Shown in pieces: positions 19,101-26,653 of a DNA stretch of 64,000 nt (positions are counted from its first letter, which is position 1; each line of letters starts with the position of its first letter). The notes under the pieces were generated by a model. It saw only the letters and a program-made list of their open reading frames with translations. It was not told the origin of the DNA and did no database searches. The position numbers and the translations under genes were made by a program. This stretch comes from Thermoplasmata archaeon. GTDB lineage: Archaea > Thermoplasmatota > Thermoplasmata > Lutacidiplasmatales > UBA184. The stretch is from NCBI GenBank assembly GCA_035504595.1, contig DATJRQ010000018.1:5204-69203 (forward strand). The letters are read 5' to 3'.

Positions 19101-20669
19101 TTCGTAGGCGACGAGCGCGGTGCGCGCGGCCTGGTCCCGCTCCGAGGAGCCTTCGGGCCGGTCGTAGGCGAGCATGAGGTACAGGTTCCCGCGCTCGATC
19201 GCGACATCGGTGCGGGTCGGATCGAGCCGGAACAGCTCGTCGAGCACCGGAGCGAGCTGCGCCGGGTCGTTGGTGCGCGCGACGACCTCCTTCTTCTCGA
19301 GGAGGTACGGAAGCTCGCCGGGATGCGCGGAGAGCAGCGCGTCGTACGCCATCAGCGCGCCGGCCGTGTCGCCGCTCGCGGAGAAGATCCGGGCAAGCTC
19401 GACCTGAGCCGCGACGTCCGACGGTTCCTCGGCGAGGATCGCCTGGGCGAACGCTTTTGCCGCGTCCGCCTGGTTCGCGCTGCGCGCGACTTCGAGCGCC
19501 TTTCGCAGGTCCCCGACGGCGTGAGGGTTCGCCGCCAGCAGGGCCTGGTATCCCTCGATCGCCCGGTCGACGTGACCGTCGGCGAGCTCGAGCTCGGCGA
19601 TCCCGCGGAGCGCCTCGAGGTGGTCCGGCTGCGCCACGAGCAGGGCCCGACAGGCACCGAGCGCAACGTCGACCCGGTCGAGTCGCACCCCCAGGTCCCG
19701 GAGTTCGACCAGATTCTGCAGGTTGCGCGGGTCGACCTCCTGAAGCCGCTTCCTCGCCGCGATGGCGAGGTCCGGTGCATCCGCCTCGACCGCGCGCGCG
19801 ATCTCGTCGAGCGCGGCGACGTCGGACGGTGTGGCCGACTCGACGATCCCTTGCGCCATGGGGACCGCATCCGAGGTCCGGTCGAGCTTGAACAGCGCGC
19901 GCACGTGGAGCACCGCGGCGCGCGGGTCGTTCGGAGCGACCTGGTGGACACGGTCGAGCGCCTCGAGCGCTTCGGACAGCCGACCGAGCGCCGCGAGGAG
20001 GTCCGCGCGGGCGAGGAGGAGCTCCGGGTCGTCGGGCGACGTCTTCAGAAGCTCCTCGCAGGCCGCCAACGCGGGAAGCTCCCCGCCGTGCGCCCGGGCG
20101 AGTTCCAGTTTCATTCGAAGCGCGCGCGCGTTGTCCGGCGCGAGCTTCAGGGCCTTGTCGACGTACTGCATCGAGGTGGCGTCGAGCTGCTGCGCGTGGA
20201 GGTACGCCTCGAGCGCTTCGGCGTTCTGGCCGAGGAGCTTCAGCGCGTCGCCGCGGGTCGCCCAGAGCCCCTTGTCGTGCGGATTCCCCTCGATCGCCCG
20301 GTCCGTGAGCGCGACGACCTCGGGGAGGTCCTCGTTCTGCGCGAGGAGGATGAGCGCCTTGTGATGAAGGAGCGACGAGCCGCCGGGCGCGAACTCGAGG
20401 CCCAGGTCGATCGCGCGCCGGGCGAAGGCGGGCTGCGAGGCCCGGTAGAACGCCATCGCCGTCTCGTCCAGCCACGGGGCGATCTCGGTCCCGGCGTCCG
20501 CGAGCTCCTTCGAGTGGGATTCGACGGTCGCGAGGAACGCCTTCAGCGCACGGGTGTACTGGTCGCGGTCGGTGCGTCCCTCCGCCTCGAGCGCCCCGCG
20601 ATAGCTACGGCGCACGTCCTCCAGCACGCCGGACGGGGCCGCGGGCGCCGGAGCGGGGGAGTCTGCCAT
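16128..20669 (-). CDS. Giant TPR-repeat protein with C-terminal helical domain, RING-like Cys cluster and disordered tail
   Basis: Many TPR units (e.g. AWKARGDAWRALGR, AWTSRGVALLATGR...ALALDS); CVGC-x9-CGAPLCQHC-x6-CPKC. Confidence 0.85.
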   Translation of the reverse strand: MADSPAPAPAAPSGVLEDVRRSYRGALEAEGRTDRDQYTRALKAFLATVESHSKELADAGTEIAPWLDETAMAFYRASQPAFARRAIDLGLEFAPGGSSLLHHKALILLAQNEDLPEVVALTDRAIEGNPHDKGLWATRGDALKLLGQNAEALEAYLHAQQLDATSMQYVDKALKLAPDNARALRMKLELARAHGGELPALAACEELLKTSPDDPELLLARADLLAALGRLSEALEALDRVHQVAPNDPRAAVLHVRALFKLDRTSDAVPMAQGIVESATPSDVAALDEIARAVEADAPDLAIAARKRLQEVDPRNLQNLVELRDLGVRLDRVDVALGACRALLVAQPDHLEALRGIAELELADGHVDRAIEGYQALLAANPHAVGDLRKALEVARSANQADAAKAFAQAILAEEPSDVAAQVELARIFSASGDTAGALMAYDALLSAHPGELPYLLEKKEVVARTNDPAQLAPVLDELFRLDPTRTDVAIERGNLYLMLAYDRPEGSSERDQAARTALVAYERASTDADAAPVSELGIARASRLVGDHDRAIWAYHAFLDREGNQMRNDVLKELGHALREAGRYSEATDAYTRAIAGGLEDPDLFWGAVEVLAHSNQEARALQLLDMLLAREPNNPMFLRKKGQILLASGRRPEALKVLQSAVQGVTGDAHAFFEVAEALRAQGAYADAIAYYRRGLEVDPKSRHGRLALAETLLLAGKYAEVVTLADQLLKEDPNEIAAWKARGDAWRALGRPSELLYSLTAILLLEPDNGPALLEKYHLHRDAGENKEALESLTKLLATHGPSAQDATLHLERGDLAASLGLAEEANRSYERAAEIDPVYRVEIAIRRARLRLSSGRPDLALEVLDEGLKAAPAGAPANVAALLLRAEVLTALERPAEARAVYDEVRQREPRSPLAIAGTARSLLDEGRHADALELLRQSIPQVPPQESLYLLLAEAESGLGHLDPASDALKKGVEVLPKSTALWVRWGELGVARQAWPDAANAFAHALSLAPAATDVLLRAGFVAERLNHPNEALSFYERATEADPGNKQAWTSRGVALLATGRPTDAQTSFERALALDSDFGPAKDGKKLAAQKTRDAEISRYGREALLLEAKLNRTVAKNDLFVTLHVPYEYLEPVLAAIGRPPDLKLDRIEVAEIHDLENASYHLVTQALERRPPGIERRGFTMADVAVMSPPGYSLDQVQRLFGYLKAVLEADLRPENLKLTPDVEELARKALVLPPEQRTLFQLVRSLRVGIYKARLIKVVEEAGSAVHAPLPTLDLGAYGPEFRAKEADAGAPALPVSGDTYFAPENQPSPSPGASPAGPPAFSPSVTTAASQSAASPRCVGCGGIASVLHSCGAPLCQHCIGTFPKCPKCNQPVTTDNTRAAAGVTLHSASGRAASAPSSGLRGVFQRSKGPSSRTGGGSPLRKDHPGGVSGSPKPKPSPSGPATGSSTPMKDNSGSATAKSAPAPSADGSPSGTTVPEPPAPPPAPVVKPRRDKGDDEPRL

Positions 20670-20788
20670 CTTCCGTCGTGCCACCTAACTCGAGGTCTAA
20701 ATACTCCCGTTCAACGAGAAGGCCCTTTCCCCTCTCCGTCCCCCGCGCTCGTCCATCGTCTTATCCTCCGGCATCGTTCCGGAGCGGC

Positions 20789-22042
20789 GTGCCGGCCCGA
20801 TCCTCGTCGGGGTCCTCCCGCAAATCCATCTTCGACCCGGTCCACGGGCAGATCGCCCTCGACGCGACCGCGCTCGCGCTGATCTCCACGCCCGAGTTCC
20901 AGCGCCTCTGGGGGATCCGGCAGACAGGATTCGCCCACCTCGTCTTTCCCGGCGCGAACCACACGCGGCTCGAGCACTCGCTCGGGACGTACTGGGTCGC
21001 GGTACGCTTCGCCGAACGGCTCGGGGTGGCGCCCGCCGAGGGGCGGACCCTGGCGCTCGGCGCGCTCCTGCACGACCTCGGTCACGCTCCGTTCTCCCAC
21101 ACCCTGGACGGGCCGATGCGCGAAGCGCTCGGACACGGTCACGAAGCGGTCTCCCGTTCCATCATCCTCGGCGAGGAGGGGTCGCCCGGCGCGATCCCCC
21201 GCGTCCTGCGATCCCGCGGCGTCGACCCGGCCGAGGTCGCCGAGCTCGTCGAACCCCAACGGCGCGGCGTGTCGCGTTGGCTGGGGTCGATCCTGCACGG
21301 CGCGATCGACGCCGACCGGATCGATTACCTCCAGCGGGACGCCCACTACACCGGGGTGGCCCACGGGGCGATCGACGCGGTCCGATTGCTCGACACGATC
21401 CGGGTGCTCGGGGGACGCGTCGTCTACGCGGAGAAGGGGCGCAGCGCGGTCGAGGGATTTCTCGTCGGTCGGGCGCTGATGTACTCGACCGTGTACTTCC
21501 ACAAGACCGTCCGTTCGGCGGAGATGATGGCCCAGGGCGCGGTCGAGCGGCAGGCGGGCTTTCCCGAGAGCGCGCCCGCGGTCTTCGGCTGGACCGACGG
21601 CGAATTGCTCGCGCGGCTCAAGAACGTCGGCGGACCGCCGGGCGAACTGGTGCGGGGGTTGCTCGAGCGCCGTCTGTACAAACGCGCTCACGGATGGCGC
21701 GAACTGTCGTCGGCGGCGCACGGTCGATGGCGCCGGCTCGCGCACCGGCCCCCCGAGCGGCGGGCGCTGGAGGACGAGATCGCCGGACGGCTCGGCGCGC
21801 GGCCGGGGGCCGTGCTGATCGACCTCGCCGGCATCGAAGTGCGCGGCGACCCGATCGAGGATTGGTCGGACGTCGGGGTGATGGCCGGTCGGCGCGTCAC
21901 CTACCCGTTCCGGGGTCCGGGCCCGTGGCACGCTCTCGTCAACCGGCCGCCAGCCGACTGGCCGGTCAGCGTTTACGTCGCGCCGCGCTTCCGGGGTCGT
22001 GCGACGCGGCTCCTGGAGCGGGATCCCGCCTTCTTGCCCTGA
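20789..22042 (+). CDS. HD-domain phosphohydrolase (dNTP triphosphohydrolase / SAMHD1-YdhJ-like)
   Basis: IFDPVHG, FQRL..IRQ.G, HTRLEHSLG, LLHDLGH, DADRIDY, VYFHKT; start GTG inferred. Confidence 0.88.
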   Translation: MPARSSSGSSRKSIFDPVHGQIALDATALALISTPEFQRLWGIRQTGFAHLVFPGANHTRLEHSLGTYWVAVRFAERLGVAPAEGRTLALGALLHDLGHAPFSHTLDGPMREALGHGHEAVSRSIILGEEGSPGAIPRVLRSRGVDPAEVAELVEPQRRGVSRWLGSILHGAIDADRIDYLQRDAHYTGVAHGAIDAVRLLDTIRVLGGRVVYAEKGRSAVEGFLVGRALMYSTVYFHKTVRSAEMMAQGAVERQAGFPESAPAVFGWTDGELLARLKNVGGPPGELVRGLLERRLYKRAHGWRELSSAAHGRWRRLAHRPPERRALEDEIAGRLGARPGAVLIDLAGIEVRGDPIEDWSDVGVMAGRRVTYPFRGPGPWHALVNRPPADWPVSVYVAPRFRGRATRLLERDPAFLP

Positions 22043-22455
22043 GTCGGCGGTGCTCGCCCCGCCGCTCCCAGTATGCGCTTCCACTGGGCCGACGTGACGG
22101 GCATGACCGAGAGGCGCGAGATCCGGAACAGGATGAAATCGGAGAGGGCGGGGTCGGAGCGCATCTCGGAGAGCGACACCGCGCGCGCCAGCGCTCGGCT
22201 CGGTTCGATGACGACCGACCAGGAGCCCCGATCGTCGTTCGGGTCGGGGTGCGGGGCGCCGGCGACCCGGGCGATGCCGACCGCGGAGCGCTCGCTCCCC
22301 GAGTGATAGAACAGGAGCTCGTCGCCGGGACGCATCCGCTTCAGGTGGAGGAGGGCGGTCGCGTTGTGGACGCCGTTCCACTCGGTGCGCCGCTCGCGCT
22401 CAAGGTCCCCGTACGAGTAGACACTGGGTTCCGACTTGGCGAGCCAGTACGCCAT
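21973..22455 (-). CDS. EVE domain protein
   Basis: YWLAKSEP, W.GV.N, GDELLFYHSG, SRLSVMPV...W. Confidence 0.9.
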   Translation of the reverse strand: MAYWLAKSEPSVYSYGDLERERRTEWNGVHNATALLHLKRMRPGDELLFYHSGSERSAVGIARVAGAPHPDPNDDRGSWSVVIEPSRALARAVSLSEMRSDPALSDFILFRISRLSVMPVTSAQWKRILGAAGRAPPTQGKKAGSRSRSRVARPRKRGAT

Positions 22456-22501
22456 ACCGGCGGGCAAGGCATGGGGGGGGTAACGGTGTCGGCCGCTCGT
22501 C

Positions 22502-23284
22502 CTACCCGAGGACGATCCCCTGCGTGGTGATCGCGAACGGCCGCCGTTCCGGGTCGTGGGCCGCGCCGCGCATCCGGACGATCTTGATCTGGCGGACGGA
22601 GCGGTCGCCGATCCATTTGCGCGTGAGGAGGATCTCGCCCCGGGTCAGCACCTCTTCCGGCGTGAGCAGCGCCGGATTGCCGGGGGTCGCCGTGATCAGC
22701 GCCGTGACGTTCTGCTCGGAGAGGAACCGCAGCAGCGACTGGATCTCCGTCCGCTCGGCCTGCGGGTCCTGGGAGGATTTCACCGCGAACCGACGGACCG
22801 ACGTGATCGAGTCGATCACGAGCCGTCGGAACGGCACGTTGGCCATCTGCTGGCGGAGCTTCAGATAGATCGACTGGATCGAGATATCCTCGACCTCCGC
22901 CGCCTTCTTCTCGGGCGAGGCGAGGTCTCGCATCGACTTCAGGTCCGACATCGTGCGGATCTCCTGGACCGCGGCCTGCCGCTTGAACGCCCGCGTCCCC
23001 GGGTTCGCGTCCAGCGTCTTCACCGCGGAGAGGTCCCATCCGAACGCGTGGACGTTCTCGATGATCTCGTTGGGGGGCTCATCGACCGCGACGAGCAGCA
23101 CTTCCTCGCCGCGCCGGATCCCCTCGAGAAGGAACGTGAGCGAAAGGAGCGTCTTGCCGCTGCCGGTCGCGCCGGTGACCAGGTAGGGCCGCCCCGCGAT
23201 CAAACCGCCGCCCAGCATCCGGTCGAGTCCGGGGACCCCGGTGGGCACGCGGTTCTGGAGAGTCGGCGGCACCGGAATCGTCAT
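22502..23284 (-). CDS. KaiC/RAD55-family single-domain ATPase
   Basis: RVPTGVPGLDRMLGGG, GATGSGKT, LVIDS, RMRG..H, FAITTQGI. Confidence 0.88.
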   Translation of the reverse strand: MTIPVPPTLQNRVPTGVPGLDRMLGGGLIAGRPYLVTGATGSGKTLLSLTFLLEGIRRGEEVLLVAVDEPPNEIIENVHAFGWDLSAVKTLDANPGTRAFKRQAAVQEIRTMSDLKSMRDLASPEKKAAEVEDISIQSIYLKLRQQMANVPFRRLVIDSITSVRRFAVKSSQDPQAERTEIQSLLRFLSEQNVTALITATPGNPALLTPEEVLTRGEILLTRKWIGDRSVRQIKIVRMRGAAHDPERRPFAITTQGIVLG

Positions 23285-25968
23285 TCGGCGGGTTTCTCGG
23301 GCGCGTCCTCAGAGGGCGGAGGCGGGGCCTCCCCTTGACCTTGCACGTCCGGTGGCGACGTTCCCTCCGTGGCCGAGATCACCGAGGGCGCCTTCTTCTT
23401 GCGGACCGCCCGCTTGCGCGGTTTCGGGGGGGCCGGGGGGACCGTCCCTTCCGAAACGGGAGTTTCGACCCCGCCGGCGGGTGCACTGACACCGGTCGGT
23501 TCCGACGCAGGCGACTCGGTCGCGGCCCTCGGTTCGACCTTGCGAGGAACCTTCGGCGCGCGCTTGGCCCTGCGTTTGGCCGGCGCGGCCGGTGGCGCGG
23601 TGGTCGGAAGCGCGGGCGGCGTGATCGTCTCCCGGGCAGCGGGGGCCGGCTCGCTGGCTGGCGACGGGGCGGGGGGAGTTGGGGGGACCGATTCGGTCGG
23701 GGGGGGCACCGGTACGGCCGGCCGTTCGCGGGGGGAAGCTGCCGGCGGCGGCGTGGGGACAACACCGGGGGTTCGAGTGGGGAGGGGAGGGGGCGCCGAG
23801 GGATCACGAGCGGGCGCTGAACCTTTCGCGGCGAGGTCACGGATCCCCGCAGGGGCCGCGGTCGCCGGAGGGACCCCACCCGCGCTAGCCTTGCCGGGCG
23901 AGCCCGAGCTCCGGGTGAGTCCGCTCGGAAGCGCGGGGGGCTCGGGGGGCGCCGTCCGGCGGGGCGAAGGGGCGGCCCGCGAGGGCGGCACAGCGCGTGG
24001 TGTCGCGACGGCGCCGGTCGGAGGGGCCGCCGGACGCGGGGGTAGGGGGCGTGAGACCGGTTCCGCGGTGAGCCCACTCGCGGACGCCGGTGCCGGCGCC
24101 GCTACAGCCGGTTCCGGGGCCACCGAGGTCGGAACGGACGCCGAAGGCTCGGCCACCGGAACCAGCGGGACGGGAGAGGGGGCCGCCGACGGCGGTGGAG
24201 TCGAAGAGGATTCGACGGGTTCCACGGGCGGCCGGGGCGCGATGGGGGCCGTGACCACGCGGGGAACGTCCGCCGGCTCCGCTACCGGAGGGGCCGGCTC
24301 GGGCATCGGTGCTGACGCGACCGGAACTTCCACCGGCGCGGGGGCCGCGGCGGGCGGGAGGGCTTCCTCGGGCGTCGGAACCGCGGCGGGCCCCGCCGGC
24401 ATCGGCTCGGGCTCGGGGGGCGGGGGGGGTGTCGCCACCGCAGGAGCCGGTGGTACCGGCGCGGGGGCCTCGGGGGCGACCACGGCGGGCGGAGAGGGTG
24501 GCGGAGCCGGTGCCGGAGCCGGTGGCGGAGCCGGCGGCGGCGCACTCTCGGGCGCCCCCGCGGGCTCGGGCGCCGGGATCTCACTCCCGGTCGACGTGGG
24601 AGGGGCCGGCTCGGGCGGTGGCGGAACGGGCGCCGGGACCGGCGTCACCGCACGCGGGACTCCACGACGGCCGCCGCCGGTCGGTGCGGAAGGGGTTCCG
24701 GAAACGACCGGAGCGATAGGGGCAACGGTCGGAGGGGGGGGCGCCGATGCGGGAGTTTCCGGAGCTTCGGGAGCTACGGGAGACAGCGGCTCCGTGACGG
24801 GCGCCACGATTCCTGCGCCGGTCGGTAGCACCGTCAGCAGCATCTCGAGCTGCCGCTGCAGCTCGGCGCTCGGAGGCAACTGAGTGGGGGCGAACCCGGC
24901 GCGCGCTTCGCTCGCCCGAGCGACGACACGCATGAGCGCGGCGGAAGCCTCGGGAGTACGTTTCGAGGCATCGGGCGGAGGAATGTTCCGGTACGCGCCG
25001 GCCACGTCCATCGCCAGAGCGCTCGCGCGAGCGACATGTCCGGGAACCTCGGCGACCTCCCCCTGCCGGACCCCGGCGAGGGCCGCTTCGATCTCGGCCC
25101 GGATCGGGCCCACGTCCGCCTCGATGAGGACGAGGTCGCGCACCTGTTCGAGGAGCGGGTCCATCGTGCCGCCCGCGTACTTCGACGTCGGCAGGGCCGC
25201 CGCGCCGGCCGCCGGTTGCGCTTCGATGATCTGCCGGGTATCCCGGGAGATCGTGACCGAGAGATTGATGTCGATGCCCTGCGGTCCGATGCGGTACGGA
25301 TGAAGCCGGATGTCGTGCGAGCTCCCGCGGAACTTCTCGACGCCGATCGCCCGGACCGTCGCGTTCTCGAGCTCCCATCGGAAGAGCCGGATCTCCCCTC
25401 GGGCGAGCATCCGTTCGGTCGTGTCCGCGTCCTCAATCGGGGACTCGACCGTGAGGAACGTCGTGACCTGGAGGTCCGAGAGGAATCGCAGGAACGTCTG
25501 CGCACCCGCGACCTCGTTGAACCCCTTCATGCAGAAGTACTGGAGCGCCGTCAGAGAGTCGATCACCACCCGCGTGAAACCACGGCGGGTGACCTCGGCC
25601 CGGAGCATCTGCTCGAGCGCCGTGATCGTGACCTCGACGCCGGTCAGCTCGGGCGTGCGCCGGATGACGAACGGCACCTGGCCGAACGGCATCGAAGCGC
25701 GGACCGCGGAGATGTCCTTGAACGGGACGCGCTCGTACCGCATCACGTCGGGGATCGCGTCGAACACCTCGACCCGGTCGAACTCCGGACCGAGCCCGCG
25801 GTGATTCAGCCGAGCCTCGTTCGGGGGCTCCTCGAGCGTGACGAGCAACCCGCGCTCCCCTCGGCGGACCCCTTCGCAGAGGAACTGGAGGGCGAGGGTC
25901 GACTTGCCCGACCCGGACGGTCCGACGATCAAGTACGGGCGCCGAGCGATCACGCCGCCGTCCAGCAT
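23281..25968 (-). CDS. KaiC/RAD55-family ATPase with helical domain and very long Pro/Ala-rich tail (true start probably upstream)
   Basis: GPSGSGKS, TLEEP, VVIDSL, EKFRGSSH; in-frame RISTGNAGLDA precedes the ATG. Confidence 0.85.
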   Translation of the reverse strand: MLDGGVIARRPYLIVGPSGSGKSTLALQFLCEGVRRGERGLLVTLEEPPNEARLNHRGLGPEFDRVEVFDAIPDVMRYERVPFKDISAVRASMPFGQVPFVIRRTPELTGVEVTITALEQMLRAEVTRRGFTRVVIDSLTALQYFCMKGFNEVAGAQTFLRFLSDLQVTTFLTVESPIEDADTTERMLARGEIRLFRWELENATVRAIGVEKFRGSSHDIRLHPYRIGPQGIDINLSVTISRDTRQIIEAQPAAGAAALPTSKYAGGTMDPLLEQVRDLVLIEADVGPIRAEIEAALAGVRQGEVAEVPGHVARASALAMDVAGAYRNIPPPDASKRTPEASAALMRVVARASEARAGFAPTQLPPSAELQRQLEMLLTVLPTGAGIVAPVTEPLSPVAPEAPETPASAPPPPTVAPIAPVVSGTPSAPTGGGRRGVPRAVTPVPAPVPPPPEPAPPTSTGSEIPAPEPAGAPESAPPPAPPPAPAPAPPPSPPAVVAPEAPAPVPPAPAVATPPPPPEPEPMPAGPAAVPTPEEALPPAAAPAPVEVPVASAPMPEPAPPVAEPADVPRVVTAPIAPRPPVEPVESSSTPPPSAAPSPVPLVPVAEPSASVPTSVAPEPAVAAPAPASASGLTAEPVSRPLPPRPAAPPTGAVATPRAVPPSRAAPSPRRTAPPEPPALPSGLTRSSGSPGKASAGGVPPATAAPAGIRDLAAKGSAPARDPSAPPPLPTRTPGVVPTPPPAASPRERPAVPVPPPTESVPPTPPAPSPASEPAPAARETITPPALPTTAPPAAPAKRRAKRAPKVPRKVEPRAATESPASEPTGVSAPAGGVETPVSEGTVPPAPPKPRKRAVRKKKAPSVISATEGTSPPDVQGQGEAPPPPSEDAPEKPAE

Positions 25969-26214
25969 CGCGTCGAGCCCGGCATTGCCGGTCGAGATGC
26001 GGGGCTCGGGCTCCGACGCTGACGGAACTCGTGCGGACGCGGTGTCCTCCCCGCGGCGCGCCGCCCGCGAGCAGGGTCGCCGCAGTCGTACGAGGCCCGA
26101 CCCGCGCTAAGTAGTTTCGGGACGCCCGGCGGTGACGACGGCGTCGCGCGCACCGGTGCGGCGCCGGTTCGACGCAGGAGCCTAATAGGGGCGGCCGTCC
26201 TCCGCGCGCCGGGT

Positions 26215-26334
26215 GCTGAGGTAGCCTAGCTCGGCCAAGGCGCCAGATTCGAGATCTGGTGGTGCGTATGCATCGCGGGAGTTCAAAGGGCCGCCGGGGG
26301 CGTGCTCCGGGGCCGGAAACTCTCCCCCTCAGCG
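26215..26334 (+). tRNA. tRNA-Ser(CGA) with a 33-nt intron in the T-loop
   Basis: Acceptor stem GCTGAGG/CCTCAGC, G73, anticodon arm CCAGA-TT CGA GA-TCTGG, long variable arm; T arm GGGAG-TTCAAA^T-CTCCC restored by removing 26288-26320. Confidence 0.93.
26288..26320 (+). other. tRNA intron at position 59/60 with relaxed bulge-helix-bulge
   Basis: Hairpin GGCC-G-CCGGGG/CTCCGG-GGCC; bulges AA^G and AC^T flank central helix TTCA/GGAA. Confidence 0.85.
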
Positions 26335-26363
26335 CCTCCACCTCGGGGACGGTTCGCGTCTGG

Positions 26364-26564
26364 GTGGAACTGACCCGGGCTGGTTCGGTGGAGCGGCGCC
26401 GGCTGACGGTCCCGAAGGGCACCCGCGTGCGGGCGGTGCTCCGGTCGCTGGGACAGTCCCCCGAAGGGAGCGCGGTGCTGGTCGGCGAGGTTTCGATACC
26501 GCTCGACACCCCGATCGAGCAGCCGACCCGGCTCACCGTCCTTCCGACGTTCTCGGGCGGTTGA
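26364..26564 (+). CDS. Ubiquitin-like beta-grasp protein (SAMP/ThiS/MoaD family)
   Basis: About 66 aa, SPEGSAVLV...IPLD, ends LPTFSGG-stop; start codon uncertain. Confidence 0.78.
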   Translation: MELTRAGSVERRRLTVPKGTRVRAVLRSLGQSPEGSAVLVGEVSIPLDTPIEQPTRLTVLPTFSGG

Positions 26565-26653
26565 GCCGGACGCGGCGCTCCGCTCTCGGCCCGGCCGCCG
26601 GGCAAGGGGTTAAGGTCCGGGCGCTCGTCTCTAGTGGTACTCTCAGAGGCGCC

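Noticed and set aside
16359..20882. 1507-aa plus-strand ORF
   Set aside because: Antisense shadow of the TPR gene; high GC3 suppresses stops and no motifs are recognisable
23369..24883. Gly/Ala-rich 504-aa ORF resembling PE-PGRS or collagen-like proteins
   Set aside because: Reverse complement of the Pro/Ala-rich KaiC tail
22502..25968. True circadian KaiC or RadA/RadB recombinase
   Set aside because: Single ATPase domains, no KaiA/KaiB nearby, and no RadA N-terminal HhH domain
2805..26334. Possible integrated element bounded by the two tRNA-Ser genes
   Set aside because: Different isoacceptors, no duplicated att sequence, no integrase, and housekeeping-type content with mostly host-like composition
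26259..26348. N-terminal extension of the SAMP ORF given in the track
   Set aside because: Lies within the tRNA-Ser(CGA) gene and its intron
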